The position numbers and the translations under genes were made by a program. Below the pieces are notes generated by a model. The model did not search any database. It was not told where the DNA came from and saw only the letters and a list, made by a program, of their open reading frames with translations. 64,000 nucleotides of DNA from a bacterium (GTDB lineage Bacteria > UBA8248): contig CBDCRP010000002.1 of assembly GCA_965221165.1 (NCBI GenBank), positions 416,001 through 480,000 of the forward strand, written 5' to 3'. How positions within the stretch are numbered: the stretch's first letter is position 1; every line of letters begins with the position of its first letter. Below, one piece after another: positions 36,721-46,695 of the stretch.

Positions 36721-38037
36721 ATGCGAAGTGAAAAAGACCTGCTTGAGTCCGCAAAGAAGTACAGCTTTCGTGGCCGGGTGGACAAGTCGGTTTTCTCGGG
36801 CCCCGTCTTCGTGCGCGGCGAGGGGTCCACCGTCGAGGACGTGAACGGCAAGCAATACCTTGATTTCAACTCGGGCCAAATGTGCTCAGCACTCGGGCAC
36901 AATCACCCCACCGTGACAGACGCCATCAAAAAAAGCTGCGATAGTCTCATTCACGCGCACAGCAGCTTCTTCAACGACCAGGAAATCGCCCTCGCCGAGC
37001 GTCTGGGCGAACTATTGCCGCCTCCACTAGAGAAAAGCCTTTTCCTGGGCTCCGGCGCGGACGCCAACGAGGCGGCGGTGACGATTGCCCGAAAATTCAC
37101 CGACGGCTTCGAGGTGGCGAGTCCCCACATCAGCTTTCACGGCCTCTCCGACACGACCCGCTCCCTCACCTTCGCGGGCTGGCACAGCGGGCATGGACCG
37201 CTCGCCTCGGGGAGCATGGCCATGGTCGCGCCCTATTGCTACCGTTGTCCGTTGAGCCAGAAATTTCCCGATTGCGAGATCGCCTGTCTGGACACGAGCT
37301 TCGAACTCATCGACGCGCAAACGACGAGCAAGCCCGCCGCCGTCATCACCGAGCCGCTGTTCAGCGCGGGCGGCGTAGTGGAGCCGCCGCCCGGATGGCT
37401 CAAGAAACTTAAACAAAACTGCGAGGAGCGCGACATGCTCCTCATCGTGGACGATGAACAGACGGGACTCGGCAAGCTGGGCACGATGTTCGGCTTCGAG
37501 AAGGACGAGGTGGTGCCCGACGTCGTGACGCTGGCGAAACACTTCGGCGGAGGCGTGAGCATCAGTTCGGTCTCGACGAGCGTCGAGGTGGAGGAGAAGG
37601 TGGCGGCTTCGGAGTTCGTCGTCACCCATTCGCACACCAACGACCCGCTCGCATGCGCCGCGGGGGTGGCGAGCCTCGACATCATCGAGCAGGAAGACGT
37701 ACCCGCAAAGGCGAGAAAGATAGGAGGCCACCTTAGAGAGCGCCTCACCTGGCTAGGCGAGCAATATGAACTGGTGGGAGACATCCGGGGCCGAGGCCTC
37801 CTTCAAGGGATCGAGTTGGTCGAGGACAGGCGCTCTAAAACGCCCGCCACTAGACAGGGACGCGAAATCAACCGCAGATGCCTCGAAAACGGACTCATAT
37901 TCAGCCAGCGGCGCGAAGGCAGCGTTCTTCGCTTCGTGCCGCCGGCCACGACGACGGAAGGACAGATGGACCAGGCGATGGACATCCTCACCGACGCGGT
38001 AGACAAAGCGAGCGTTCGCGGCGCCGTCTCGGAATGA
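36721..38037 (+). CDS. Class-III PLP aminotransferase, 2,2-dialkylglycine decarboxylase-like
   Basis: LDFNSGQMCSALGHNHP, EPLFSAGG, EQTGLG, AK and SHTNDP, closely following the DgdA pattern. Confidence 0.82.
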   Translation: MRSEKDLLESAKKYSFRGRVDKSVFSGPVFVRGEGSTVEDVNGKQYLDFNSGQMCSALGHNHPTVTDAIKKSCDSLIHAHSSFFNDQEIALAERLGELLPPPLEKSLFLGSGADANEAAVTIARKFTDGFEVASPHISFHGLSDTTRSLTFAGWHSGHGPLASGSMAMVAPYCYRCPLSQKFPDCEIACLDTSFELIDAQTTSKPAAVITEPLFSAGGVVEPPPGWLKKLKQNCEERDMLLIVDDEQTGLGKLGTMFGFEKDEVVPDVVTLAKHFGGGVSISSVSTSVEVEEKVAASEFVVTHSHTNDPLACAAGVASLDIIEQEDVPAKARKIGGHLRERLTWLGEQYELVGDIRGRGLLQGIELVEDRRSKTPATRQGREINRRCLENGLIFSQRREGSVLRFVPPATTTEGQMDQAMDILTDAVDKASVRGAVSE

Positions 38038-38084
38038 TTTCCGAGTTCGATTCATCCGCTTTCGGTTAGACCAGGTCAAATCAA

Positions 38085-38576
38085 ATGCTCCACGTCGCTC
38101 TTTATCATCCGGCGATTCCGCAGAATACCGGGAACATAGGCCGATTATGCGTCGGGATGAAAGCGCATCTCCACATCATCGAACCCACGAAATTCGACTT
38201 CTCGGACAATTCTTTGAAAAGAGCGGGGCTCGACTATTGGCCTAACGTGGAACTCACCATCCATAAAAACAAACGTTTCTTTCTCGAATGGTTGGGGAAC
38301 AGGAAACCCTGGCTGATCACGAAGTTCGGCAATTCTCGCTTCGATCGGGTTTCGTACCGTGAAGACGACGTGCTGATACTGGGAAACGAAAACACAGGCC
38401 TGCCTGATGAGTGGCACGAACGTTGGCCCGAGCGGCGAATTTACTTGCCCATGCCCGGGCCGATCCGCTCCTACAACCTCGCCAACACCGCCGCTATCGT
38501 TCTCGCACAAGCATACGTTCAGCTTTATGGTGCGGAAGTTACGAACCACGGAGGAGCGCAAGACCCTATCGGCTAA
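38085..38576 (+). CDS. trmL: tRNA (cytidine/uridine-34 2'-O)-methyltransferase
   Basis: PAIPQNTGNIGRLC, KRAGLDYW, G.E..GLP and IRSYNLAN motifs. Confidence 0.92.
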   Translation: MLHVALYHPAIPQNTGNIGRLCVGMKAHLHIIEPTKFDFSDNSLKRAGLDYWPNVELTIHKNKRFFLEWLGNRKPWLITKFGNSRFDRVSYREDDVLILGNENTGLPDEWHERWPERRIYLPMPGPIRSYNLANTAAIVLAQAYVQLYGAEVTNHGGAQDPIG

Positions 38577-38640
38577 AACTTAAAACCTCGGGATCTGCGG
38601 ATGAAAGGCCTCTCACAATTGTCTCAGGGACAGTCAATCA

Positions 38641-39798
38641 TCACGACGCCATATCCACCCAGATGCCTTCCTGCGCGCTGCGCAGGCAGGCCTCAGCGAG
38701 TTGTACATCGCGGATTCCGGCGGAGAGGTCGGCGTAAAAAGGCTCATCCCGCACCACGTGGCGGATAAAACGCTCCCAGCCGAAGCGATAGGGATTCTTG
38801 TAAGACGCAGGCTCGGGCTCTTCTTCCCAGTTCTCGCGATAATCCACCGAAACGTCCATGGTGTCCGCGTCGCGACCCATGAGAAAACCGCACACCACCG
38901 GCGTATCGCCCGCCGATTGTTTCCAGCAGCGCCTGAGACCCGCTACCGCCGTGCCTTCGGTTCCATCCACCTGGAATGTCACCAGGTCGTCGCGTCGCAC
39001 CCGGGTGGACCAGGAGTTTAGAATCGCGCCGCGCGCGCCGCTTTCGAGTTCCAAAAACGTATGCGCATTATCCTCGACGTCGACCTCGAAACGCGCACCC
39101 GCCTCGTCGACACGCTCGGTTTGCCCCGTCCAGGAAAGCGCCGCCACGCGCGCAATCGGCCCTAAGGTTCCCTCGACGACGTAGCGCCAGTGGGGGTGCA
39201 TGTCCGAGATGAGTCCGCCGCCGCCCGCCTTTTGGTAGTTCCAGCTCGGGCGCTGGGATTCGGCTTCGACCCCGTTGAACACCCACCACCCGAAATGAAT
39301 CTGAAAACCGATGACACGACCCAGGAAACCGCTCTCCACGACCCGGCGCAGCTTCAGGAACCCCGGCAGGAAGAGCTTATCTTCCACCGCTCCGTGCTTG
39401 AGGCCCTTGGCCTGCGCCGCGCGCAACAGGCTCATCCCCTCTTGAACGGTGGGAGCCACCGGTTTTTCGGTATAAATGTGTTTGGTCGCGGAAATGGCGC
39501 GCTTTAACGTATCCACCCGCAAATGCGTGGCTGCCGCATCGAAAAAGACGGGATACGCCGTATCCTTAAGAGCCGCATCCAGGTCGGCCGTCCACTCGAG
39601 GCCGCCGTGTTCCGCCGCGAGTTTCGCGAGCCGTTCCTCGCTCCTGCCTACGAGCAACAGCTTGGGCAGGATTTTCTCATCGCCCAGATCGAGGCCGCAC
39701 TCTTTGATGATGGGCGCGAGTGAGTTCCTCAAATGCTGGAAAGAGCAGATGCCGCCCGTCGCCCCGTGCAGAATGATTCCCAACTCCCGCGTCTCCAT
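38641..39798 (-). CDS. Gfo/Idh/MocA oxidoreductase
   Basis: KHIYTEKP, DKLFLPG, QRPSWNY and DMHPHW motifs. Confidence 0.88.
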   Translation of the reverse strand: METRELGIILHGATGGICSFQHLRNSLAPIIKECGLDLGDEKILPKLLLVGRSEERLAKLAAEHGGLEWTADLDAALKDTAYPVFFDAAATHLRVDTLKRAISATKHIYTEKPVAPTVQEGMSLLRAAQAKGLKHGAVEDKLFLPGFLKLRRVVESGFLGRVIGFQIHFGWWVFNGVEAESQRPSWNYQKAGGGGLISDMHPHWRYVVEGTLGPIARVAALSWTGQTERVDEAGARFEVDVEDNAHTFLELESGARGAILNSWSTRVRRDDLVTFQVDGTEGTAVAGLRRCWKQSAGDTPVVCGFLMGRDADTMDVSVDYRENWEEEPEPASYKNPYRFGWERFIRHVVRDEPFYADLSAGIRDVQLAEACLRSAQEGIWVDMAS

Positions 39799-39840
39799 AT
39801 ATTCGCTCTATCCCGCCGCTCAGAATTTTCTGAAAACGAA

Positions 39841-40971
39841 TTATGCTTCCAAGCCCGCCATCAAATCAGCGGGCTCCATGGGGAGTTTCAACTCTTCGCC
39901 GCATTTGGCCGAGAGGTCCATCGCCATGGTCAGCATGAGATTGCGGTGACCCTCGGCGGCGGTCGCATGAGGGGTGCACTTGCCCGAATAAATCCGCTGG
40001 AACCAGGAGTTCGTCTCCTCGCGCATCGGCCCCCAAAGCTCTCCGTCATACATGTCGCCCGGGGGGAAGCTGGTGAGAAAATCGACGTTGCGCCGCGCTT
40101 CCAGGTCAAAATCCTCGGGCTGATAGGCGGGGCCTTGCGAGAATTCCGACGCCATCACTACGTCTCGGTGCGTGTCTTCGATGTCCACGACCCCCTTGGT
40201 GCCCACGATGCCGATTTCGAGTCCATACACCGCGCCCGGCCACTCCTTGGGCAGTGCCCAGCAGATGTTCATGCTCCAGATGGCGCCGCTGTCCATGGTA
40301 AACACGCCGAAAGTGGCGTCTTTGGTCCCAAGATCGCTCAATATCCCCTCGGTCGAGCGCGCGAAGATGGAAACCGGCTCAGCGCCACCCATCAGCCACA
40401 GGCACATATCGAGGCTGTGAGTGCCCGAAATAACCATGGGAGTTAAAAACCGTCTATCCTGAGAGAGCCGGACCTCTCCGGTCGGCGCCATGCGGTTCAT
40501 GAAGGCGCGCGTAACCGCCGCCGTGACGTCGCCGATCTGACCGCTTTGGACGCGATCCTTTACGGCGAGAAAACGCCGGCGGAAACGCTGGGTGTAGCCG
40601 ACGACCGCATCCACGCCGGCCGATTTTATGGCCGCGAGCACCGAGGCCGATTCACGCGCATCTGTGGCGAGCGGTTTTTCAATCAGCATGGGAAGGCCGC
40701 GATCCGCCGCGGCGAGGGTGGGTTCGACGTGCGCCCAGGTGGATGTGGCGATGATCGCCGCATCCACTTCGGGGCGGGCGATGAGTTCGCGGAAATCGGT
40801 GGTGAAGTAATCGGCCCCGATGTCTTCCTTGAGTTTCCTGCCGACCTTCTCATTCATATCGGAGAGTCCGATCCACCCGATTCCAGGAAAATCCCTGGAC
40901 AGCGCACCCCGCATGCGCCCCACGACTCCACAGCCGACGATGGCCAACCCAAGTTCTTTTTTATCTACCAT
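39841..40971 (-). CDS. Gfo/Idh/MocA oxidoreductase
   Basis: GCGVVG, LIEKP, GYTQRF and GTHSLD motifs. Confidence 0.88.
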   Translation of the reverse strand: MVDKKELGLAIVGCGVVGRMRGALSRDFPGIGWIGLSDMNEKVGRKLKEDIGADYFTTDFRELIARPEVDAAIIATSTWAHVEPTLAAADRGLPMLIEKPLATDARESASVLAAIKSAGVDAVVGYTQRFRRRFLAVKDRVQSGQIGDVTAAVTRAFMNRMAPTGEVRLSQDRRFLTPMVISGTHSLDMCLWLMGGAEPVSIFARSTEGILSDLGTKDATFGVFTMDSGAIWSMNICWALPKEWPGAVYGLEIGIVGTKGVVDIEDTHRDVVMASEFSQGPAYQPEDFDLEARRNVDFLTSFPPGDMYDGELWGPMREETNSWFQRIYSGKCTPHATAAEGHRNLMLTMAMDLSAKCGEELKLPMEPADLMAGLEA

Positions 40972-41232
40972 TCTTTTTCCCTTTCACTGTAGAAAATATC
41001 GCTTATATGACTCCGTGTGCGAGGCCAGATGCAAAACTATCGAGTTGTCCGCAGAATAAAATGAGAACATCGCATCATAATACACGGGCCCAACTTCAGG
41101 AAGGCGCGAAGGACATCCAAGGATGTGAACCCGCTTTTGATATTTTGTGAAAATGAGACCACGGTGCGAAAACGCGCGTTCAAGAGGCGAACGCTCGTAA
41201 GAGGAGCGTCTGATAAGGCATTTCAGGAAATA

Positions 41233-41270
41233 GCAAAAGGCCGCGGGTTCGCCGCAGCCTTTGGTTTTGC
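41233..41270 (-). terminator. Terminator downstream of the tRNA
   Basis: AAAGGC.GCGG..CCGC.GCCTTT hairpin with a T-run on the minus strand. Confidence 0.6.
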
Positions 41271-41271
41271 T

Positions 41272-41348
<77 letters not shown>

Positions 41349-41359
41349 TCGATACGTGT

Positions 41360-41388
41360 TATCTACTCCCGCATTAGCATTCTGTCAA
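41360..41388 (-). promoter_or_regulatory. Sigma70-type promoter of the tRNA gene
   Basis: TTGACA-17 nt-TAGATA on the minus strand, 11 nt upstream of the tRNA. Confidence 0.65.
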
Positions 41389-41452
41389 GGAGAGCGTATT
41401 GCTTCAAACATCTCGTAGACGCCGCAAATATCTACGAAGCGAAAACTCCGAA

Positions 41453-41776
41453 TTATTTTTTCGGGGGAAGAAACTCGTAGACGATTTCCCCTTTCTTCAC
41501 GAGGCCTAAATCTTCCCGCGCGATTCGCTCGATCGCCTGCATATCGGAGCGTAAAGAGCGAATCTCCGTGCCCAATTCCTTGTTTTTCGCCTCGATTTCC
41601 TTGATCTCTTTTGTCAGCCCGGAAATCCGCTCCGTGTTCACGATGACGGCGAGATACCCATCCCGGCCCAGCCACGCGGTACCCAGCAGCAAGACGATGA
41701 CGCCCGCAGAGAGCCAAAACAAAAGTCTGGCTTTTGGCGATTGGCCCGTGGTGGATGATCGTCCTGCTTTTCGCAT
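41453..41776 (-). CDS. ftsB: Septum formation initiator FtsB/DivIC
   Basis: Single TM helix, coiled coil and IERIAREDLGLVKKGE motif. Confidence 0.85.
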   Translation of the reverse strand: MRKAGRSSTTGQSPKARLLFWLSAGVIVLLLGTAWLGRDGYLAVIVNTERISGLTKEIKEIEAKNKELGTEIRSLRSDMQAIERIAREDLGLVKKGEIVYEFLPPKK

Positions 41777-41811
41777 CGCGCTCAGGCTCCGAGGCGCGCG
41801 AACTCCATCGA

Positions 41812-43095
41812 CTAAAGCTCGGCGAACGCCTCTCGCGCGGCGGCCAGCGTGGCCTCCACGCTCTCATCCGTATGGGCGAAAGACATGAACCCTACTTCGA
41901 ACTGGCTCGGGGCGAATGCCACACCCCGTTTTAGCATAGAATGAAAGAATTTGGCATACCGCGCAGTGTCCGAGCGCATGGCGTCCGAGAAATTGCGAAC
42001 CGGACCTTCCTGAAAAAATGCGCAAAACATCGACCCGCAACATGCGCCGGTGAGCGGAACGCCCGCAGCCCGCGCCGCGTCGGCCATGCCCTCAGAGAGC
42101 GCTTTGACCCTCACGTCCAAGGCTTCGGGCAGTCCTAGTTCCTCGATGATTTTGAGCGTCTCCACCCCTGCAGTCATGGCCAGCGGATTTCCGGAAAGCG
42201 TGCCCGCCTGATAGACGGAACCCAGGGGGGCGACGCATTCCATCACGTCACGTCTTCCGCCATAAGCGCCCACGGGCATGCCGCCGCCAATCACTTTTCC
42301 GAGGGTCGTCAAATCGGGCGTGATTTCGAAAAGGGCCTGCGCACCGCCCCTGGCCACCCGAAAGCCCGTCATCACCTCATCGAAAATGAGCAATGCGCCC
42401 GCTTTTTCGGTTTCCTCCCGCAAGACTTGCAAAAAGCCGGGTTCTGGAAGAATGAGACCCATGTTGCCGGCTACGGGTTCGATGATGAGGGCGGCCACGT
42501 CCGCGCCTCGCCGGGCGAAGAAATCCTTCACCGCTTCGGCGTCGTTGAAGGGAAGCGTCGCCGTGTTTCGCGCGTAATCTTGCGGAACGCCCCCGCTGTC
42601 CGGCACGCCAAGGGTGGCGCCGCCGCTGCCCGCCTTGACGAGCAGCCCGTCGGCATGGCCATGGTAGCAGCCTTCGAACTTCACGATTACGTCCCGGGCC
42701 GTGAATCCGCGCGCAAGGCGGATGGCCGACATCGTCGCCTCGGTGCCCGAGTTCACGAAACGCAACAACTCCATCGAAGGGTATGCCGCGTTCACCAGTT
42801 CCGCCAATTCGGTCTCGAGAGCCGTGGGCGCGCCGAAACTCGTGCCGCGAGCCGCCGCTTTTTCAATCGCTTTCACTACGCGCGGGTGAGCGTGGCCCAG
42901 AATCAGCGGCCCCCAGGAGAGCACATAGTCGATGTAGGCGTTGCCGTCGGCGTCCCAGATTCGGTCGCCCTTCCCTTTTTCGACGAAAAAGGGCGTTCCG
43001 CCTACGCCCCGGAACGCGCGGACGGGGGAATCCACGCCTCCGGGGATGCGGTTTTGCGCAAGCGCGAATAATTCATCGGATTTAGGACGGTTCAC
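41812..43095 (-). CDS. hemL: Glutamate-1-semialdehyde 2,1-aminomutase
   Basis: IPGGVDSPVRAF, SGTEATMSAIRLARG, YQAGTLSGNP and APSQFE motifs. Confidence 0.96.
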   Translation of the reverse strand: MNRPKSDELFALAQNRIPGGVDSPVRAFRGVGGTPFFVEKGKGDRIWDADGNAYIDYVLSWGPLILGHAHPRVVKAIEKAAARGTSFGAPTALETELAELVNAAYPSMELLRFVNSGTEATMSAIRLARGFTARDVIVKFEGCYHGHADGLLVKAGSGGATLGVPDSGGVPQDYARNTATLPFNDAEAVKDFFARRGADVAALIIEPVAGNMGLILPEPGFLQVLREETEKAGALLIFDEVMTGFRVARGGAQALFEITPDLTTLGKVIGGGMPVGAYGGRRDVMECVAPLGSVYQAGTLSGNPLAMTAGVETLKIIEELGLPEALDVRVKALSEGMADAARAAGVPLTGACCGSMFCAFFQEGPVRNFSDAMRSDTARYAKFFHSMLKRGVAFAPSQFEVGFMSFAHTDESVEATLAAAREAFAEL

Positions 43096-43949
43096 AACAC
43101 ATATTTTCCAATCAGGTGACGCAGGCGTTCTTTCGTCTCATTCGGCATACGGGCAGGGTCGGTCATGAGGGCCGTCGCCAAAGAGCCCGCAAAGGGACTC
43201 TCACCATCGATTTCGGTCGCCGCTTCTTTGATGATCTTCTGCGCGAGCACGGCATTGCGTCTCACGAGGGCGACCACGGCCTCCACGCTCACCGCCTCTT
43301 CCTCCTCATGCCAGCAGTCGTAATCCGTCGCCAGCGCGATGGTGGCGTAGCTCATTTCCGCCTCGCGCGCGAGCTTGGCTTCTGGCATGTTCGTCATCCC
43401 GATGACCGAAGCGCCCCAATCACGGTAGCGAAAACTCTCCGCCCGGCTACTGAACTGGGGGCCTTCCATGCACACGTACGTGCCGCCCGCGTGCGCCGTT
43501 GCGCCCGCCCGAAGGGCCGCGCCCATCAGTATCTCGCTCAAAACCCCGCACACCGGGTCCGCTATGGAAACATGGGCGACGACGCCATCGCCGAAAAACG
43601 TGCTAATACGTGTTTTGGTGAGATCGATGAACTGGTCGGGAATCACGATGTGCCCCGGATGGATGTCTTCTTTCAGGCTGCCCACCGCGCTTACGGAAAT
43701 CAGCCACTCCACACCCAACTGCTTGAATCCGTGGATGTTGGCCCTGAAGGGAATCTCATTGGGAAGGAATACGTGCCCTCTTCCGTGCCTGGGCAAAAAC
43801 GCGATTCGCTTGCCGGAGAGCGTCCCCAGGACATAGGGGGCCGAAGGCGCACCGTAGGGCGTATCCAAGGCGCGCTCTTCCACTTCGCTCAACTCCGCCA
43901 TCTCATACAAGCCGCTTCCGCCGATGACCCCGATTTTCACTTCAGCCAC
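43092..43949 (-). CDS. mtnP: S-methyl-5'-thioadenosine phosphorylase
   Basis: IGGSG, RHGRGH, EGPQFS, IGMTNMPEAKLAREAE and TDYDCWH motifs. Confidence 0.94.
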   Translation of the reverse strand: MAEVKIGVIGGSGLYEMAELSEVEERALDTPYGAPSAPYVLGTLSGKRIAFLPRHGRGHVFLPNEIPFRANIHGFKQLGVEWLISVSAVGSLKEDIHPGHIVIPDQFIDLTKTRISTFFGDGVVAHVSIADPVCGVLSEILMGAALRAGATAHAGGTYVCMEGPQFSSRAESFRYRDWGASVIGMTNMPEAKLAREAEMSYATIALATDYDCWHEEEEAVSVEAVVALVRRNAVLAQKIIKEAATEIDGESPFAGSLATALMTDPARMPNETKERLRHLIGKYVL

Positions 43950-43970
43950 TTTCAGGCTCCTCACGCACCA

Positions 43971-44981
43971 TCACCTCACCGAGGAGGCCTGGAGCATTCC
44001 CCTCTCGATCAGCACCTCGGCTATCTGAACCGCGTTGAGAGCGGCGCCTTTTCTCAAGTTATCCGCCACCACCCACAGGTTGAGCGTATTCTCCCGGGAA
44101 TCGTCCCGGCGAATGCGGCCGACATATACCGGGTCTTCCCCGTCCGCGTCTTTGGGCATGGGATATGCGAACGATTCCACATCATCCACCACTTCAACGC
44201 CCGGAGCGCTAGCCAGCAACTCCCGCGCCTCCTCCGGTGAAACGGGCTCATCGAACTCCACGTTCACCGACTCGGAATGCGCATTGAAAACGGGCACCCG
44301 CACACACGTGGCGCTGACGGCCAGGTGCGGCGCGCCCAGGATCTTTCGCGTCTCATCGACCATCTTCTTCTCTTCTTTCGTATGGCCGCCATCCAGAAAA
44401 ACGTCAATATGAGGCAGGCAGTTAAAAGCGATTTGATGGGGCATTTCCCTGGGGGCAGCGGCATCACCGTCGACCTGAGCCTGCATTTCATCTATGGCGG
44501 CTTGCCCCGCCCCGCTCACCGCCTGATAGGTACTCACCACTATCCGCTTGATGCGGGCGGCGTCGTGAAGGGGCTTGAGCGCCACTACGAGTTGAATGGT
44601 GGAGCAGTTCGGGTTCGCAATGATTCCCTCGTGTGCGGCCATCGCATCCGGGTTCACTTCCGGCACTACGAGGGGAACACCTTCATCCATGCGAAAGGCG
44701 CTGGAATTATCCACCACCACCGCCCCTGCCTTCACGGCGGCAGGCGCGAACTCCAGAGAGCGGGAAGCACCGCAGGAGAAAAGCGCCAGGTCCACGCCGG
44801 CAAAAGCGTCTTCCATGATTTGGCTTACGGGAAGTTCTGAATCCCGAAACGGGATTTTCCGACCCACGCTGCGCTCGCTGGCAAGCAAAACGAATTCTTC
44901 GGCGGGAAATTTTCGCTCCTCCAGAATCTTGAGCATCTCCCTACCCACGGCGCCTGTGGCTCCGGCGACGGCGACGCGCAT
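43971..44981 (-). CDS. asd: Aspartate-semialdehyde dehydrogenase
   Basis: GATGAVG, DNSSAFRM, ANPNCSTIQ and DNLRKGAALNAVQ motifs. Confidence 0.96.
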   Translation of the reverse strand: MRVAVAGATGAVGREMLKILEERKFPAEEFVLLASERSVGRKIPFRDSELPVSQIMEDAFAGVDLALFSCGASRSLEFAPAAVKAGAVVVDNSSAFRMDEGVPLVVPEVNPDAMAAHEGIIANPNCSTIQLVVALKPLHDAARIKRIVVSTYQAVSGAGQAAIDEMQAQVDGDAAAPREMPHQIAFNCLPHIDVFLDGGHTKEEKKMVDETRKILGAPHLAVSATCVRVPVFNAHSESVNVEFDEPVSPEEARELLASAPGVEVVDDVESFAYPMPKDADGEDPVYVGRIRRDDSRENTLNLWVVADNLRKGAALNAVQIAEVLIERGMLQASSVR

Positions 44982-46069
44982 CACGATGCCCCTCCCGCGA
45001 GAACGGCGATGCGCGCGCCCATCTCGACGCAACTAACCGCCGTGGCGCCCGGCGTATGGATGTCGGGCGTTCTGAGGTTCTCATCCAGCGCTCCGGCCAC
45101 GGCCGCCTCGATGGCCTCGGCCAGGTCCACGCGCTTGAACGAGTAGCGGCACAGCATGGCGGCCGACATGATGGCCGCAATCGGGTTCGCCTTGTCCTGG
45201 CCGGCAATGTCGGGGGCCGTGCCATGAACCGGTTCGTACAAGCCAAATCCGGTCTCGTTCAAGTTCGCCGAGGCGAGCATGCCGATGGAGCCCGTGAGCA
45301 TGGAGGCGCAATCGCTCAGGATATCGCCGAACATGTTGCCCGTCACGATGACGTCGAATTGCAGCGGGTCGCGGATCAACTGCATCGCCGCGTTGTCGAC
45401 GTACATATGACTGATTTCGACTTCAGGGAACTCCCCGGCGACGTCTCCGGCGACCCTGCGCCACAGACGGCTGTTGTCGAGAACGTTCTCCTTGTCCACC
45501 GAGCAGAGTTTTTCCTCACGCACGGAGGCCAACTCGAACGCGAGACGAACGATTTGGCGAATCTCCCCCGTGGTGTACGTCATCGTGTCGACCGCTTTTT
45601 CCTCATCGAGCGAGAGCCGCTCGATGCCCCTGGGTTGGCCGAAATAAATGCCGCTCACACCCTCGCGCACGACGAGGAGGTCGAGGCCGCGAACCACCTC
45701 GGGTTTGAGCGAGGAGGCTTCCACCAGAGGATCGAACATGACGGCGGGCCTTAAATTGGCGAAGAGGTTCAACTCTTTCCTCAAGCCCAGGATAGCCTGC
45801 TCAGGGCGTTTGTCGCGCGGTAGCGCATCCCACTTCGGCCCTCCCACCGCGCCGAATAGCCCGGCGTCGCTCCGGCGGCAGAGAGCGAGGGTTTCCTCGG
45901 GCAGAGGCTCTCCCGTCGCGTCATAAGCCGCGCCACCGCAAAGCCCTAGCTCGAACTCGAAACTCGCGCCGAAGCGAGCGCCAGCCGCCTCCAGAACGGA
46001 ACGCGCCTGCGCCACTACCTCCTGGCCGATGCCATCGCCCGGCAAAACGGCTATCCGATAACTGCTCAC
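44981..46069 (-). CDS. leuB: 3-isopropylmalate dehydrogenase
   Basis: [24 protein letters not shown] and [12 protein letters not shown] motifs. Confidence 0.96.
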   Translation of the reverse strand: MSSYRIAVLPGDGIGQEVVAQARSVLEAAGARFGASFEFELGLCGGAAYDATGEPLPEETLALCRRSDAGLFGAVGGPKWDALPRDKRPEQAILGLRKELNLFANLRPAVMFDPLVEASSLKPEVVRGLDLLVVREGVSGIYFGQPRGIERLSLDEEKAVDTMTYTTGEIRQIVRLAFELASVREEKLCSVDKENVLDNSRLWRRVAGDVAGEFPEVEISHMYVDNAAMQLIRDPLQFDVIVTGNMFGDILSDCASMLTGSIGMLASANLNETGFGLYEPVHGTAPDIAGQDKANPIAAIMSAAMLCRYSFKRVDLAEAIEAAVAGALDENLRTPDIHTPGATAVSCVEMGARIAVLAGGAS

Positions 46070-46084
46070 TGAAACACTCTCCTC

Positions 46085-46693
46085 TTATTGCTCTTGTCTC
46101 TCAAAATTCGTGACGTATGGCAGACACCGGGCCACTTCTTCAACCTGGGGGAGGTTGCCCCGCAAATTGGCGAGCATGTCCCACGTACCTGCCAAAAAGG
46201 CAGCTTTGCGCGTCTCCTGAATGGCGATGGGTATGACGCGCTCGCCGTAGCTGACCGCGGAATTCCTGATGTCCACGGTGAAGCGCGTCTCCGGCTCTTC
46301 TTGCGCCAGTTTGATCAGCGCATTCACGTCATCCGCCGACGCCACGCCAAGCGGCACACCGATGGCGAAGCAGTTTCCCGCGAAAATCTCCGCGAACGAT
46401 ATGCCGACGAGCACGGCGATGCCGAAGCGCTTGAGGGCCTGCGGGGCGTGCTCGCGCGAGGAGCCCGAGCCGAAGTTCTTGCCCACGAACATCATGCTGG
46501 CCCCCTTGTGAGCGGGGTTGTCCACAGGATGATCGGGCGTATTCTCGCGCTCATCGCAAAACAGCGCCTTCTCGATGCCCTCAAAGGTGATGGACTTGAG
46601 AAACCGCGCCGGCGTAATCCTGTCGGTATCGATGTCGTCACGGGGCATGGGAATGGCCCTGCCCACGATTTTTTCGATCTTTTTTGTGCTCAT
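46085..46693 (-). CDS. leuD: 3-isopropylmalate dehydratase small subunit
   Basis: IDTDRITPARFL, NFGSGSSREHAP and SFAEIF motifs. Confidence 0.95.
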   Translation of the reverse strand: MSTKKIEKIVGRAIPMPRDDIDTDRITPARFLKSITFEGIEKALFCDERENTPDHPVDNPAHKGASMMFVGKNFGSGSSREHAPQALKRFGIAVLVGISFAEIFAGNCFAIGVPLGVASADDVNALIKLAQEEPETRFTVDIRNSAVSYGERVIPIAIQETRKAAFLAGTWDMLANLRGNLPQVEEVARCLPYVTNFERQEQ

Positions 46694-46695
46694 GC

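Noticed and set aside
1-41271. Genomic island integrated at tRNA-Met
   Set aside because: No integrase, no duplicated tRNA 3' end noticed and no obvious compositional break; housekeeping-type genes (trmL, znu, yaiI) are interspersed.
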